Below are positions 21,101-26,142 of a stretch of 26,142 nucleotides of DNA, in pieces. Within the stretch, counting starts at the first letter, position 1, and every line of letters begins with the position of its first letter. The stretch is from a virus (Duplodnaviria; Caudoviricetes): positions 1-26,142 of IMG/VR virus record IMGVR_UViG_3300020247_000011; one strand, written 5' to 3'. A program made the translations under genes and the position numbers. The notes under the pieces were generated by a model. The model was not told where the DNA came from, did no database searches, and saw only the letters and a list, made by a program, of their open reading frames with translations.

Positions 21101-23553
21101 GCGCCCCCTCCACCAGTAATTGTAATCGTTGGTAATCCAGCAGCTTGTGTATATCCACTTCCAGATCCAGTAACTGTTATTCCAGTAACCCTACCATCAG
21201 TAATCTGTGCAACAGCAGTTGCCTGTGTGCTACTAGGTGCTCCACCTCCACTAATAGAGACACTTGGTTCACTTGTATATGAAGCACCACTAGTTACAAC
21301 GTTAATTGCGATAACTCTACCATCCACTTCCGCAGTTGCAGTTGCAGCAGTTCCTAAGTATGTCCATTCAACTGTTCCTACAGTTGCATCCCCAATTGTA
21401 TGCGTAGGATAGACTGAGGAAGAACTTGTACCTGCATTTACGGACTGATATCTATTTCCATTATGCTTGACAACTATACCACTAGCATAAGTGAATGCAA
21501 GTTTATAATCTGGTTCAAATTCAACTGTAGGTGGGTTTTGAATATCATATCCATCTCCACCACTATTTTTGGTGATTGATTTCAATCCACCATACTTTTT
21601 AGTAGCACTTCCCTTATATGAGAATAAAGGAACACCATTTGCAGCAATACCGACCTGACCTATAGGAGTAGCCGTCTTTGTACTCTTAGTTGATGTCGTT
21701 AGTGGTATTCTCTTAAGATACCTTTGATTTCCAGGATCTAAATCCGCTGAAGCAAATGGACCAACTTTATGGGATGGTATACCTGTACTAGCGACTACTG
21801 CATCTGTAGATGACTTATAGACATTAGTAGTATCTGCATGATACTTTGAAATTAATAAATTAATAGATGGATATACACTAGTACCAAATGCAAACTCTCT
21901 AGCAATGTAAAATTCATTACCAGCAGTTGATGTTATTCCAGCAGCAGGAGCACTAGGAAGAAGGAATTCAAAAATGTATTCATCAACAATACCAACTACA
22001 TCATGCTCATTGTTGTAGATATCTTCCGCAGCATTGAGGATTCTAATCTTATCATCTCTTCTTAACTTATGCTTCTCTTTTGTTGTTACAGTTACCCTTA
22101 CAGCACCAGTACCAGGATCAGGTGCTCCTAGGGTTGCTGTGATGCCTCTGAGTGCCCTTCTGACGTTGTATAAGAAACTATCCCATATTGGGTCAAGACT
22201 ATCGAAACCAGGTGCTAGAGGGGTTGTAACCTTACTGTCTGGAAGGTAGTACTTACCACCAGATGCTAGTGTAACACCTCTAGTTCCACCATATACCTTT
22301 AATTGGATTTCAGACCCATCTACATTACTTGCACCATAAATCTTGTATGCTGCAAAGACTTCTTGCCCTGCATCATGTGCTACATTGAGACTATTCTCTC
22401 TAGCACGATTACAACCTAAGAATTGGTTAACTGTTTTGTCAGTATATGTAATAATCTCATCTTCAATCCTAATACGTCCATTTGTCTCTGGCCAACCTAG
22501 TGTAGAATCAACAGTAATGGTAGTATCTGTTAATGCACCAGCTAAATCATCAGCAAGAGTTGTTTTATAAGGAGTTACGAAATTTCCAAGTGAATTATTG
22601 GTATCTACATCAATTTCAAAAATTGAACCAGTTTGAGTAAAGACTTCAACAACACCTTTAACGTATATACGTGCAGCGGCAATATTTGAATCAGTTGTAT
22701 CTGCTTCTTGGTATAAAACCTGCCCTACAAGTGCAGATGGGTCTCCAGTAACAGCAACACAACGAATTACTTCCCTAGAAGTGTAATATGCATCAGATGG
22801 CTTGAATATTCTGTCTCTTGGATAAGAAACTTCGGAATCTACTCCAAATAATGTTCTTAAAACGAATTGGAAAGACCTAGTAGACCCTTTAGAGGCATAA
22901 AAGTCCTTAATTCGCTTAATTACGGTAGATTCAGTAACTCCAGCGTAAAAATTCTTCGGATATGTTGATAAAAGCAGTTCTTTGAACTGTCCCAACATGA
23001 AAAGTGGGAAAAGGTTGTTTAAATTGACAACTGTACTGCCAAGAACGTGTTCTGCAGGCTCTGTGTTAGAAAAAACGTACTCACCTACCTGTCCAAGTGC
23101 TGTTGTAGCATCAAAACCTCTTGCACATCCATTAAAAAGGGTTGCACCCTTAGATTGGTAGTAAATTATCTCATCATCTATTAAAAGTAGTCCCTCATCA
23201 GGGAAATCACGAGTTGAAGTAACGTCAACAGTAGTAGAAGAGCTAGTTACTGTTGAAATTGTTGTTGTTTCGGTAACTAATTCACCATAATTATCAAGAT
23301 TGTAATAATCTGCCCAATTATTGATTATATCTAAGCAATATCCCTTTAATTCCTGTGATTTATAATAAGCCTTAACGAATTCTATGAACGTAGGATAGCT
23401 ATCCTGTATAAAACTGGCAAATTGACCAGTAACACTATCAGATAACTGCGACCTAGATTCAGGACTGACCTCCGACGGTACAGGTGTCGTTGTAACTGTC
23501 GTAGTCGGAGTAGTCCACGACCCGACTTTCCAGGATGAATTCGATTGAGCCAT
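9175..23553 (-). CDS. gp7: Giant baseplate wedge initiator gp7-like multidomain protein (4792 aa)
   Basis: Lies between gp6 and gp8. N-terminal QFASFIQDSYPTFIEFVKAYY and IKRIKDFYASKGS..SFQFVLRTLFG. Has the gp7 signature DSNRFQEFSYEISS...WKNPLKFAAHPAGF near aa 2415. Also many GSGY beta repeats, a YHYH domain and CBM-like modules. Confidence 0.88.
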   Translation of the reverse strand: MAQSNSSWKVGSWTTPTTTVTTTPVPSEVSPESRSQLSDSVTGQFASFIQDSYPTFIEFVKAYYKSQELKGYCLDIINNWADYYNLDNYGELVTETTTISTVTSSSTTVDVTSTRDFPDEGLLLIDDEIIYYQSKGATLFNGCARGFDATTALGQVGEYVFSNTEPAEHVLGSTVVNLNNLFPLFMLGQFKELLLSTYPKNFYAGVTESTVIKRIKDFYASKGSTRSFQFVLRTLFGVDSEVSYPRDRIFKPSDAYYTSREVIRCVAVTGDPSALVGQVLYQEADTTDSNIAAARIYVKGVVEVFTQTGSIFEIDVDTNNSLGNFVTPYKTTLADDLAGALTDTTITVDSTLGWPETNGRIRIEDEIITYTDKTVNQFLGCNRARENSLNVAHDAGQEVFAAYKIYGASNVDGSEIQLKVYGGTRGVTLASGGKYYLPDSKVTTPLAPGFDSLDPIWDSFLYNVRRALRGITATLGAPDPGTGAVRVTVTTKEKHKLRRDDKIRILNAAEDIYNNEHDVVGIVDEYIFEFLLPSAPAAGITSTAGNEFYIAREFAFGTSVYPSINLLISKYHADTTNVYKSSTDAVVASTGIPSHKVGPFASADLDPGNQRYLKRIPLTTSTKSTKTATPIGQVGIAANGVPLFSYKGSATKKYGGLKSITKNSGGDGYDIQNPPTVEFEPDYKLAFTYASGIVVKHNGNRYQSVNAGTSSSSVYPTHTIGDATVGTVEWTYLGTAATATAEVDGRVIAINVVTSGASYTSEPSVSISGGGAPSSTQATAVAQITDGRVTGITVTGSGSGYTQAAGLPTITITGGGGAGATATAVVRGPLKDITISDTGSQYTYEPTIKLISGSGAVGYPSILNGRIESAIVTFGGSGYYGAPDVVITGDGVGATAYAQVDLSQNIVTGIVITNKGIGYSVGNTSIDIVYPGTGASFTTKLTELTYNESATATEVGQPTFNARKVTDAAGGAVMEGENSGIYGGEYGYLYNPTNLRYYLADNIEPDADPLNPPWKELTATKHSPILGWAYDGHPIYGPYGFEDPENQQPYNSYKQPGTSYRLKTTRDALLSGLSDPLGTFIEDYEYVEGLGGLDQYNGRYCVTPEFPGGVYAYFCTIDGISGNPKFPYFVGPNFYSEASEVNWDGNGLQKNFTEDATRYRAPYIGTDNITTKRKQLDNKIDFVLALEDTTTLITLETGEVLQYVEDGIGYFSYYPVIRGGTAESLTVSSTNQYSSAGIDQYLVEGGGTGYQVNDRLIFDNTTAGGDGISATVSSVVGSDVSSLNFAVDDDDVATATLTSASKHYLVGGDQLTIAISDNSYTRTLKSKIISSKYHFEYFDLVSMKLIAGWANSTAYAKNDLVYVANRVYKAAAAGTSDSGAGNAPTHLSGTVSDGTLSWTYVRTRTDGNLVQGGWSSITGGSGYANGTYNDVPLTTNNSGRDGKATIVVAGGAITTVTITSFGTAYNVGDTISATDQNLGNGGGSSFSITLTETLRESVCHTNLAHQVAIGDTVNISGVSPSAYNKTDYEVIRTETLRRFTVKRNHGATAAATVTSAEVYIQEPKLELINGHSYVFDTSDSSNDGKTLAFTLDPSNTDIFTYKNVVEELTNAQTGQQTSITIKMADLPGIFYYFDIQGNIAGSYLTVMNEPLAGTNLVVTPTDLNFTYICSKEPESGYTSGITYNTTSIYPEGGIGTISIGDSGRNYKSLPKLTGSSRSGSGATAIATISGSLSGVTIDAMGSGYNPASLPTGVVSLPDFIDLTLTEVLGSGSFVKDEVIISEQVLGNQTARGKVISWDPLTSVLRIQPLHNSRSGAANKGYIMWTTYAANNARGKVYSSDAEGKITTVDGVHAAVTCSVPSSGPNVGKLEIVNIIAGGSNYRSAPTLILDDPAFGLVNTVSLTTQSSTNYTTNTYTNVAQKSVAPTGGTDVKFTVVVNGAGTIESVAVTDGGSTYGLGDVITISGASMGGTDTTHDATVTVTKLTHLDPAVTTCILNASIDTITVTNTGSGYLSAPDVLVSGGSGINAKFNSSIVNEGVTAINIENGGTLYQNAPVVNITQKTGKGASVLLKSSDLGKILKIGGDNITFNYSHDRTLKPELNTTYNLQLTRTQVIDYLDVTNGGSNFVSIPEIVLVGGSGSLYQLEAIVQNEVIQSVEVRSGGRGFLSAPTVQAKVTHNWVGLVSNSTLNFPYNTKIPTGTAVTLNEVVGTFPAPLAINTTYYVVAANGTNGLANNQVKLATSEANAIANTPTTIVFTSAPVGDGNGLTTFTLSTTDLGDTITAYMKPATFLVGERVYQGASTASYTAYGYVRNWDPAGRVVSIEIQEGEFKVGEPVFGEESSSFGQIHAFERASAVFEVSPISVSSSKWERTTGFLDINEQRLYDSNRFQEFSYEISSPINISDWKNPLKFAAHPAGFKVVGTQVLLESAAKVYRAKPYVNLSTTSTTDWWVSGSNSLNSTFNGLTYVTPKPSAKNTGKMATINNFALGKPDYTASVPTEVQIFGRQLVDVQKILSCISYKVDDITTRDISFDGTSSGVVDLSNNRITLTAHGLVENQTVTFRGDIGGLITGTVYYVNVVDANTISLKPSLGGSTSVLSSLSVGTHTFVSCKTDGIVANNGSFFNPTNVVYTPADGNLVIHSAGHGLTTANKIAIADDALTLTCVMDNNATNHTYPRSTDPIGHGGKILDITATTNDTFTVNVGSTAAINKFTVGIDGVNTQFTTRVDNKTITTEIGKTSVKSQFLVVIDGIVQNPNNYSFASDVITFSTAPKSGSSALMMYYDRSSYTSSFQLDQIGDELKTLDTGMSGSAAHTYVGGTVSNAVTVVSDSNTQKNVTNAAYTPATGLLELTIGSHSYTTSDTIQIANESLKFTCAADNHASTHAYPRPSDEAYGATLTISAETATTITVQVNTNLSPLRNTPDGLTAGTGYADGTYLDIPLFNKIGTGVGATGDIIVVDGKVKNVVLGNPGNGYTNDDILGISPIGKPLTNSYVPSAAAYTPSTGVLELTVGSHTLTAPTTTTVTDAAYNPTTGIMTVTVVAHGLKAGDQVKFADSSLKLSCAFGGASGSAAQKDYPRNTDYASDRWLEVSNITTNTFDVTVLDTIPSTNTDAHTFVSAVSGGLSIATSTVKFSNNSINFTCTHGGGVHSYPRSTDPISGKNVPVDAISSTTFTVNALNGTAATNTTTHTFDSLATYQYQPTYCDYDATTGVMKVWASAHGLTNGDFVQFATGGLSFKCSRDAYATTHTYPRSTDPAAGNWLNVFEVSTNTFKVNIGQTAEKAFTPTTATFTATTGALTLTSENHGLTAATSHTATGATFNTTTGIVTITVVGHGFRAGDKVKLKDGAITMSCTHGGGGNGAYPRSTDPISGKWITIRAVSTDTFDIQCLNDTPCSNTTTHTWVSGLADGILYATSFVSIDDDALTFTCDMDDDFSRHSYPAPGDPSSKEVLGVETVTADTFTVDVGSSPQVAFTPTAATYTATTGDLQLTIGSHSLEVGNSINIDVNSLMFRCHMENDGTLTSGNLTSLGASIHNYPRPTDPAAKTNQYITATTGTTITVNVGPSPTVNYQPTGAALNLANGDLDLTVGGHKFRGYDTYTPTDVAYDPATGIATLTIKGHTLSKGDFVQIAKESLTFTCTAGAGNHSYPRTTDPAYRSWLQVLSVTNDTILLNFYVATGATGQAHTFVSASDNCIQRLGDTIKLTDSSIVMSCDNGGVSNQSYPRTDTVSYTPTGAAYDTATGVIEITHGGGAGAFVNGDQVRFDDSALVFTCTHGGGTHAYPRNSDPASGRWLTIWDANSTTFKVQVLDSIPSTNVTAHSFQSAVSNSMKKKKDWAWDRPIPIKSVAYASHAVSNATYVPSTGVLTATVAAHGFSNGDYVKVNQKSLKFTCNKDSNTLVKSYPTLEDPNYDEWLLVSNVTTDTFDINVGAAGPNGQHTHTFVPEGKLTPTAAAYDPTTGVFTITINDHGFVAGEEIKIDDGAFRFTCNEDFHTSNHDYPRATDPISGQWVKIYNVTTNTFDIQVLNSVPSTNTTDHTFISAVSNSITRAAIKKQTGVITINTNNRDAAITHQYAHSFVSAGATTVIAGGNYTHTFIQATTDAIKSGGNHTHTFINAKPGSVKTSFAHEFVSASANSVTRSLVRSGGFEYDRLADAGRLIRDNLEFIATTAYGRMMATNSTFVVPNFFKCIRDTKLITEAIANNIEFGGNDATYDAAKYYVGTVHLQGEEDQTVLVFNHARDIAREVMRNILVTTNSYTEGAQFRDLTITNDSGNTTYDTNDCTDVASAITTLTAIVTQAVGTTSGGAGNLTGITRTASESPEFQVEVGTVAFDGTDKIFNAKVAGSNYALPASDNFLIFLNSILQVKGSTAAYTYTGSEITFTEAPTSGMDFYGFYFGKLTILDTLAPFFDNAKKTFTMKLQNEPFSLQSDNTAVEASNNLMIFLNGVFQEPGVAYALNGSIIEFFEAPRAGSTCDLYIYTGSAEDVFTSNTFNSLDPNDRVMVVSEGQDRLLATVSSATSIDTYEYTGLRPSVATFECTISNGSVDTVSILDQGSNYEVPPILYFQGGSGTGAMAETTIESGSGKVLSVTNIKGGAGYLTAPTVFAVHPVHVERKSRNRIVSNTTALGTTYLASSISAVDTTLTCKNIYFNTSQNIGFPDEGEILIPYWNGTLWTVERILYGAKNTVANTLTVATGGRGYGGTTASAITIQTGTYSSSGTVCTVNTGTAHNLVTGMSIYLDHTSGTGFDGSYNITVATSNTFTVEYPFSRTTSGNVSLLPQVRLRSL
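10639..11100 (-). other. Helical phycobiliprotein-like (globin-fold?) domain within gp7
   Basis: RLADAGRLIRDNLEFI...KCIRDTKLITEAIANNIEFGG...NDCTDVASAITTLTAIVTQAV. Motif order and spacing parallel phycobiliprotein subunits (by-eye comparison). Confidence 0.5.
11104..15735 (-). repeat. 13 diverged copies of a ~100-aa Cys/His 'YPR' domain within gp7 (2 separate, circularly permuted; 11 nested)
   Basis: Consensus TPTxAxYxxxTGxLxLTxxxHGL-GDxV-LxFTC-HxYPRxTDP-WLxI-TFxVNV-HTFVSA. I count 13 YP(R/A/T) motifs. The repeat is at protein level and DNA identity is low. Confidence 0.9.
19351..19509 (-). other. CBM5/12 (chitin-binding-like) module in gp7, copy 2
   Basis: WANSTAYAKNDLVYVANRVYKA...PTH..G..SDG...WTYV follows the W-x5-Y-x2-(G/N)D-x-V-x5-Y...W pattern. 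Confidence 0.6.
20158..21800 (-). other. Split YHYH-family domain in gp7
   Basis: N-part TGIPSH...GQVGIAANGVPLF. C-part HSPILGWAYDGHPIYGPYG...GTFIEDYEY...LDQYNGRYCVTPEFPGGVYAYF...FPYFVGP. The two parts are separated by about 300 aa of inserted modules. Confidence 0.75.
21352..21507 (-). other. CBM5/12-like module in gp7, copy 1
   Basis: YKLAFTYASGIVVKHNGNRYQSVNAGTS...PTHTIGDATVGTVEWTYLG is a paralogue of the 19351..19509 module. Confidence 0.55.
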
Positions 23554-23559
23554 GCGTTT

Positions 23560-25443
23560 TTAATTATAGCTGGACTCTGGTACAACTCCCGTACCAGATA
23601 GGTTTGAACCGCTACTGATAGTGTCTTCTACAACACTAACTGTCGTATTATCTATACCTAATGTCAAATAGGTTTCTCGTAAAGAAACTAGGTCATTCGA
23701 TTCTGGAACTGCGGATAGTTGAAGAATGCTACCTGATATTGTTGTAGATGAAATAATCAAGTCATTAATAACAATTTCACCCATTGTGTAGTCAACAGTA
23801 CCTACGTCAGCAGTACTATATTCAAATGCACCTGTGTCCTTTATGTAATAAAGTCTTAATTTACCTGCTCCATCATCATTGATGAAGTAAGTATTAACTA
23901 CATCACCAGAAATCTTAAATCCTGAAGAGGAAACCGTAGGTTCTGTCGAGGTTCCTTGGTTGATTCTGTTACCATAACAGATTTTATAGTTGACACGAGC
24001 GTTCAAATCAACTAAAACGTTCTTTCTCATCTTGAGACGAGTGATATTAGAAGTAACTGCTCCGTCTGCACCATCAATTATGCTCTGAAGTTTGGAGAAT
24101 TTGAATTTTCCACCAAATTTGTTGTACTCAGCTCCTGTATTAAGCGCAGTTAGGGTTGCAATGACTGCATTCTTAACTTGTGCTTCAGTTTTACGTGTAA
24201 TATTAGGATTAAAATACACAAAACTGTTCAAATCGATGTATAATATCGATGGATCAATGATTGAAGGCTGAATCGCAGCAACAGAATACTCTCTAAGTTT
24301 CTTTAGAAGGACATTTTTCTCAGAAAGAGATAATTTATCCGCATTTTTCGGTTTGATTGCTAAAAATACCTTACCATATTGGGGTGGAGACGCTTCTTCA
24401 CCACCATAACACGCAATTGAAGCAACGTTAGGGTAAATTTGAGGAACAATTGCCTCATAATCCTGCGTTGAAACTGCTCTACCAAATGCAGAGTAGAATT
24501 TAGGCGCAGAAAACTTAATTCCTTCCTTAGTTTCCGCTGCAGCACCACCTTCAGGACGTGAATTCAGTGTAACAGTGATTCCAGAAGTTAAAGAATTTGC
24601 TGAATCATCTAAAAATGATCCAATATTAGTGAAACTGAGCAATCCATTAGCTCCATTTCCACTAGAAGTGGTATAAGTTACCTCAACTACATCACCATTT
24701 GATAAATCTTGACCTAATGTACCGTCACCGAACATAATTTCGGGTCTTCCGTACTCAGATTCTTCTAGGAAATACACCTTAGAAGTAGAATCTATCTTAG
24801 TAATGTCTGTTGCTTGTAGATAACGCTCTACAACGGTACCAGAAGTAACTTCAATCTTCATTGAAGACGTATCTACAGCTTCGTTTGTTAGAATAAAACG
24901 TTGTCTTTCAGTAGTATTACGTACAAAAGTGTCTGTTAAGTAAACACCCTCATAAACTATAAGATTTGAGAAGGTTGCAATACCTGTTGTACTGTTTACA
25001 GATACAGTAACATCAGATGGAATTGAGAAAACAAAGTTATTATTATCCAATCCTGTGAAATTCAGTACTAATCCTTGTGAAAGTGTAACAGTTTGTGGAT
25101 ATCCTTTTGTAATTACACCCTGTGCATTAGTTGTAACGTTAGTTTGAACTGCAATAGTAACAGTTGCTTGAGCAGAACGTGCAGAGCGAGGTGTGTAACC
25201 AAGCATTCTTGCCAATTTAACGACGTTCTCGCGCAATACAGCAGTCTCTAGGAACCCTTCATTGACGGCAAGGTTCGCATTTACACTAGTGTAATAGGTA
25301 TTATATGCTAAAGTATCAATCAGTACGGTCAATGACGACCCTTCAAAGTCATAATCACTAAACTCTGATTGTGCTTTTAGATAATTTTTAATTTGTGCCT
25401 TGATTTCGTTGAACTCAAGAGCATTGACGGTATTAAATGCCAT
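23560..25443 (-). CDS. gp6: Baseplate wedge subunit gp6 (627 aa)
   Basis: LEFNEIKAQIKNYLKAQSEFSDYDFEGS...LAYNTYY...E.FL.TA.LRENVVKLARMLGYTPRS, plus FGDG..G, RAVSTQDYE and PPQYGKVFLAIKP. These are hallmark gp6/baseplate-J motifs. Confidence 0.95.
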   Translation of the reverse strand: MAFNTVNALEFNEIKAQIKNYLKAQSEFSDYDFEGSSLTVLIDTLAYNTYYTSVNANLAVNEGFLETAVLRENVVKLARMLGYTPRSARSAQATVTIAVQTNVTTNAQGVITKGYPQTVTLSQGLVLNFTGLDNNNFVFSIPSDVTVSVNSTTGIATFSNLIVYEGVYLTDTFVRNTTERQRFILTNEAVDTSSMKIEVTSGTVVERYLQATDITKIDSTSKVYFLEESEYGRPEIMFGDGTLGQDLSNGDVVEVTYTTSSGNGANGLLSFTNIGSFLDDSANSLTSGITVTLNSRPEGGAAAETKEGIKFSAPKFYSAFGRAVSTQDYEAIVPQIYPNVASIACYGGEEASPPQYGKVFLAIKPKNADKLSLSEKNVLLKKLREYSVAAIQPSIIDPSILYIDLNSFVYFNPNITRKTEAQVKNAVIATLTALNTGAEYNKFGGKFKFSKLQSIIDGADGAVTSNITRLKMRKNVLVDLNARVNYKICYGNRINQGTSTEPTVSSSGFKISGDVVNTYFINDDGAGKLRLYYIKDTGAFEYSTADVGTVDYTMGEIVINDLIISSTTISGSILQLSAVPESNDLVSLRETYLTLGIDNTTVSVVEDTISSGSNLSGTGVVPESSYN

Positions 25444-25832
25444 TATGGTTTCAATGCTATATCTACTGAATCTTGTATTGGAGGTATTCCTAATATCACA
25501 TATTCAATAGAGACATCCAATTGGTTACGATTCTCTTCCCACTTGGTAAGTACATCTATAACTGCAACCCTTGGTTCATGCAAGTTAACTGCATCAATAA
25601 GACGTTGAGTTACATCACTCTCAAGTTCAGGACTAGCATTTTCAAATAATAGACCTAAAATGTTACCACCAAAGTAAGGATCAAATGGCTTCTCATAGAA
25701 GTTATATAAAACAATATTTTTCACTGCAGCCTTAATAGCTGACTCATTAGTCAGGGACAACACATCGTTTGTCACTGCATTCTTTTCAAAAGTTAAAGAG
25801 AAGTCACGAAATGACTTCGATGTAATAGCCAT
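25443..25832 (-). CDS. gp25: Baseplate wedge subunit gp25 (129 aa)
   Basis: FRDFSLTF...AIKAAVKNIVL...EKPFDPYFGGNI..LLFE...HEPRV match GPW/gp25 family motifs. Stop overlaps the gp6 start (TAATG). Confidence 0.93.
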   Translation of the reverse strand: MAITSKSFRDFSLTFEKNAVTNDVLSLTNESAIKAAVKNIVLYNFYEKPFDPYFGGNILGLLFENASPELESDVTQRLIDAVNLHEPRVAVIDVLTKWEENRNQLDVSIEYVILGIPPIQDSVDIALKP

Positions 25833-25856
25833 CCTTTACGGAATTAACCTTCTTTA

Positions 25857-25864
25857 TATTTATA
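25857..25864 (-). promoter_or_regulatory. T4-type late promoter TATAAATA upstream of gp25
   Basis: Perfect TATAAATA on the minus strand in the 40-nt gap, about 25 nt before the gp25 ATG. Confidence 0.85.
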
Positions 25865-25872
25865 CCTGTTAT

Positions 25873-26142
25873 TCAGACTTGATAGAAAGTGTACTTCAGA
25901 AACAACTCTTCACCCTTCTTAATCTCTCTAATAGTTCTCATATGGTATATCTTACCCCACTCTTCTTCTTCAAATACTTTGATGCAGTTAGGATCTTCAC
26001 TATGATTAACGAACCCTCCTAGAGGTGTTCTCATAATGTCATCATCTACTACAACATGTGATATACCGAGGTACACGTCATCGGGTATATCGCTTAAAGC
26101 AAATAAACCCTGTCCTGCGACAGGGCTATCTTTTACGTGTAT
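25873..26142 (-). CDS. Stand-alone SET-domain protein (putative lysine methyltransferase), 5'-partial
   Basis: The frame stays open to the window edge: IHVKDSPVAGQGLFALSDIP..., then GGFVNHSEDPNC and IKKGEELFLKY. These are SET motifs GxGLFA, NHSxxPN and GEELxxxY. The true start lies outside the window, upstream of the listed 67-aa ORF. Confidence 0.85.
   Translation of the reverse strand: MHVKDSPVAGQGLFALSDIPDDVYLGISHVVVDDDIMRTPLGGFVNHSEDPNCIKVFEEEEWGKIYHMRTIREIKKGEELFLKYTFYQV

Noticed and set aside
4912-22570. Numerous plus-strand ORFs of 60-170 aa (e.g. 5254..5766, 14588..14896)
   Set aside because: They are antisense shadows of long minus-strand genes whose codon bias leaves the opposite frame stop-poor. 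They have no recognisable motifs or expression signals.
894-23553. Inteins, introns or homing endonucleases explaining the giant ORFs
   Set aside because: I recognised no Hint-type splice motifs or LAGLIDADG/HNH/GIY-YIG motifs. The length is explained by structural modules.
13077-24548. Alternative-frame minus-strand ORFs (13077..13262, 13653..13895, 23382..23585, 24360..24548)
   Set aside because: They have the Leu/Gln/Met-rich composition typical of off-frame reading inside gp7 and gp6. I saw no evidence for overprinting or programmed frameshifts.
25800-25818. Inverted repeat GAAGTCA-CGAAA-TGACTTC near the gp25 start
   Set aside because: It is a modest 7-bp stem inside coding sequence with no strong U-tract and is plausible by chance.
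7638-25832. Contractile injection system or T6SS instead of a phage
   Set aside because: The gp25-gp6-gp7-gp8-VrlC order with TATAAATA late promoters is characteristic of T4-like myoviruses.
1-26142. Alternative genetic code, tRNA or other RNA genes
   Set aside because: TAA, TAG and TGA all end genes cleanly under code 11, and intergenic gaps are 40 nt or less, leaving no room for RNA genes.

Overview
AT-rich window from the late (virion structural) region of a T4-like myovirus, most likely a marine cyanomyovirus (Kyanoviridae-like gene order). All real genes are on the minus strand and tightly packed. Reading right to left: a partial stand-alone SET-domain gene, gp25, gp6, a giant 4792-aa gp7-like baseplate wedge initiator, gp8, a 2247-aa VrlC/DUF4815 structural protein, three small conserved virion-module genes, and the first 25 codons of a tail-fibre-like gene. 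T4-type late promoters (TATAAATA and variants) precede gp25, gp8 and the 112-aa gene. The most unusual object is the ~2,370-aa extension of gp7 beyond its canonical HPAG end. It carries 13 copies of a ~100-aa Cys/His 'YPR' domain. Eleven of them are nested inside one another like balanced parentheses, which predicts a branched, tree-like appendage. Directly after this block lies a helical domain resembling phycobiliproteins, with Cys at positions equivalent to two bilin-attachment sites. All family assignments come from motif recognition by eye, not database searches, and sub-gene coordinates are approximate.
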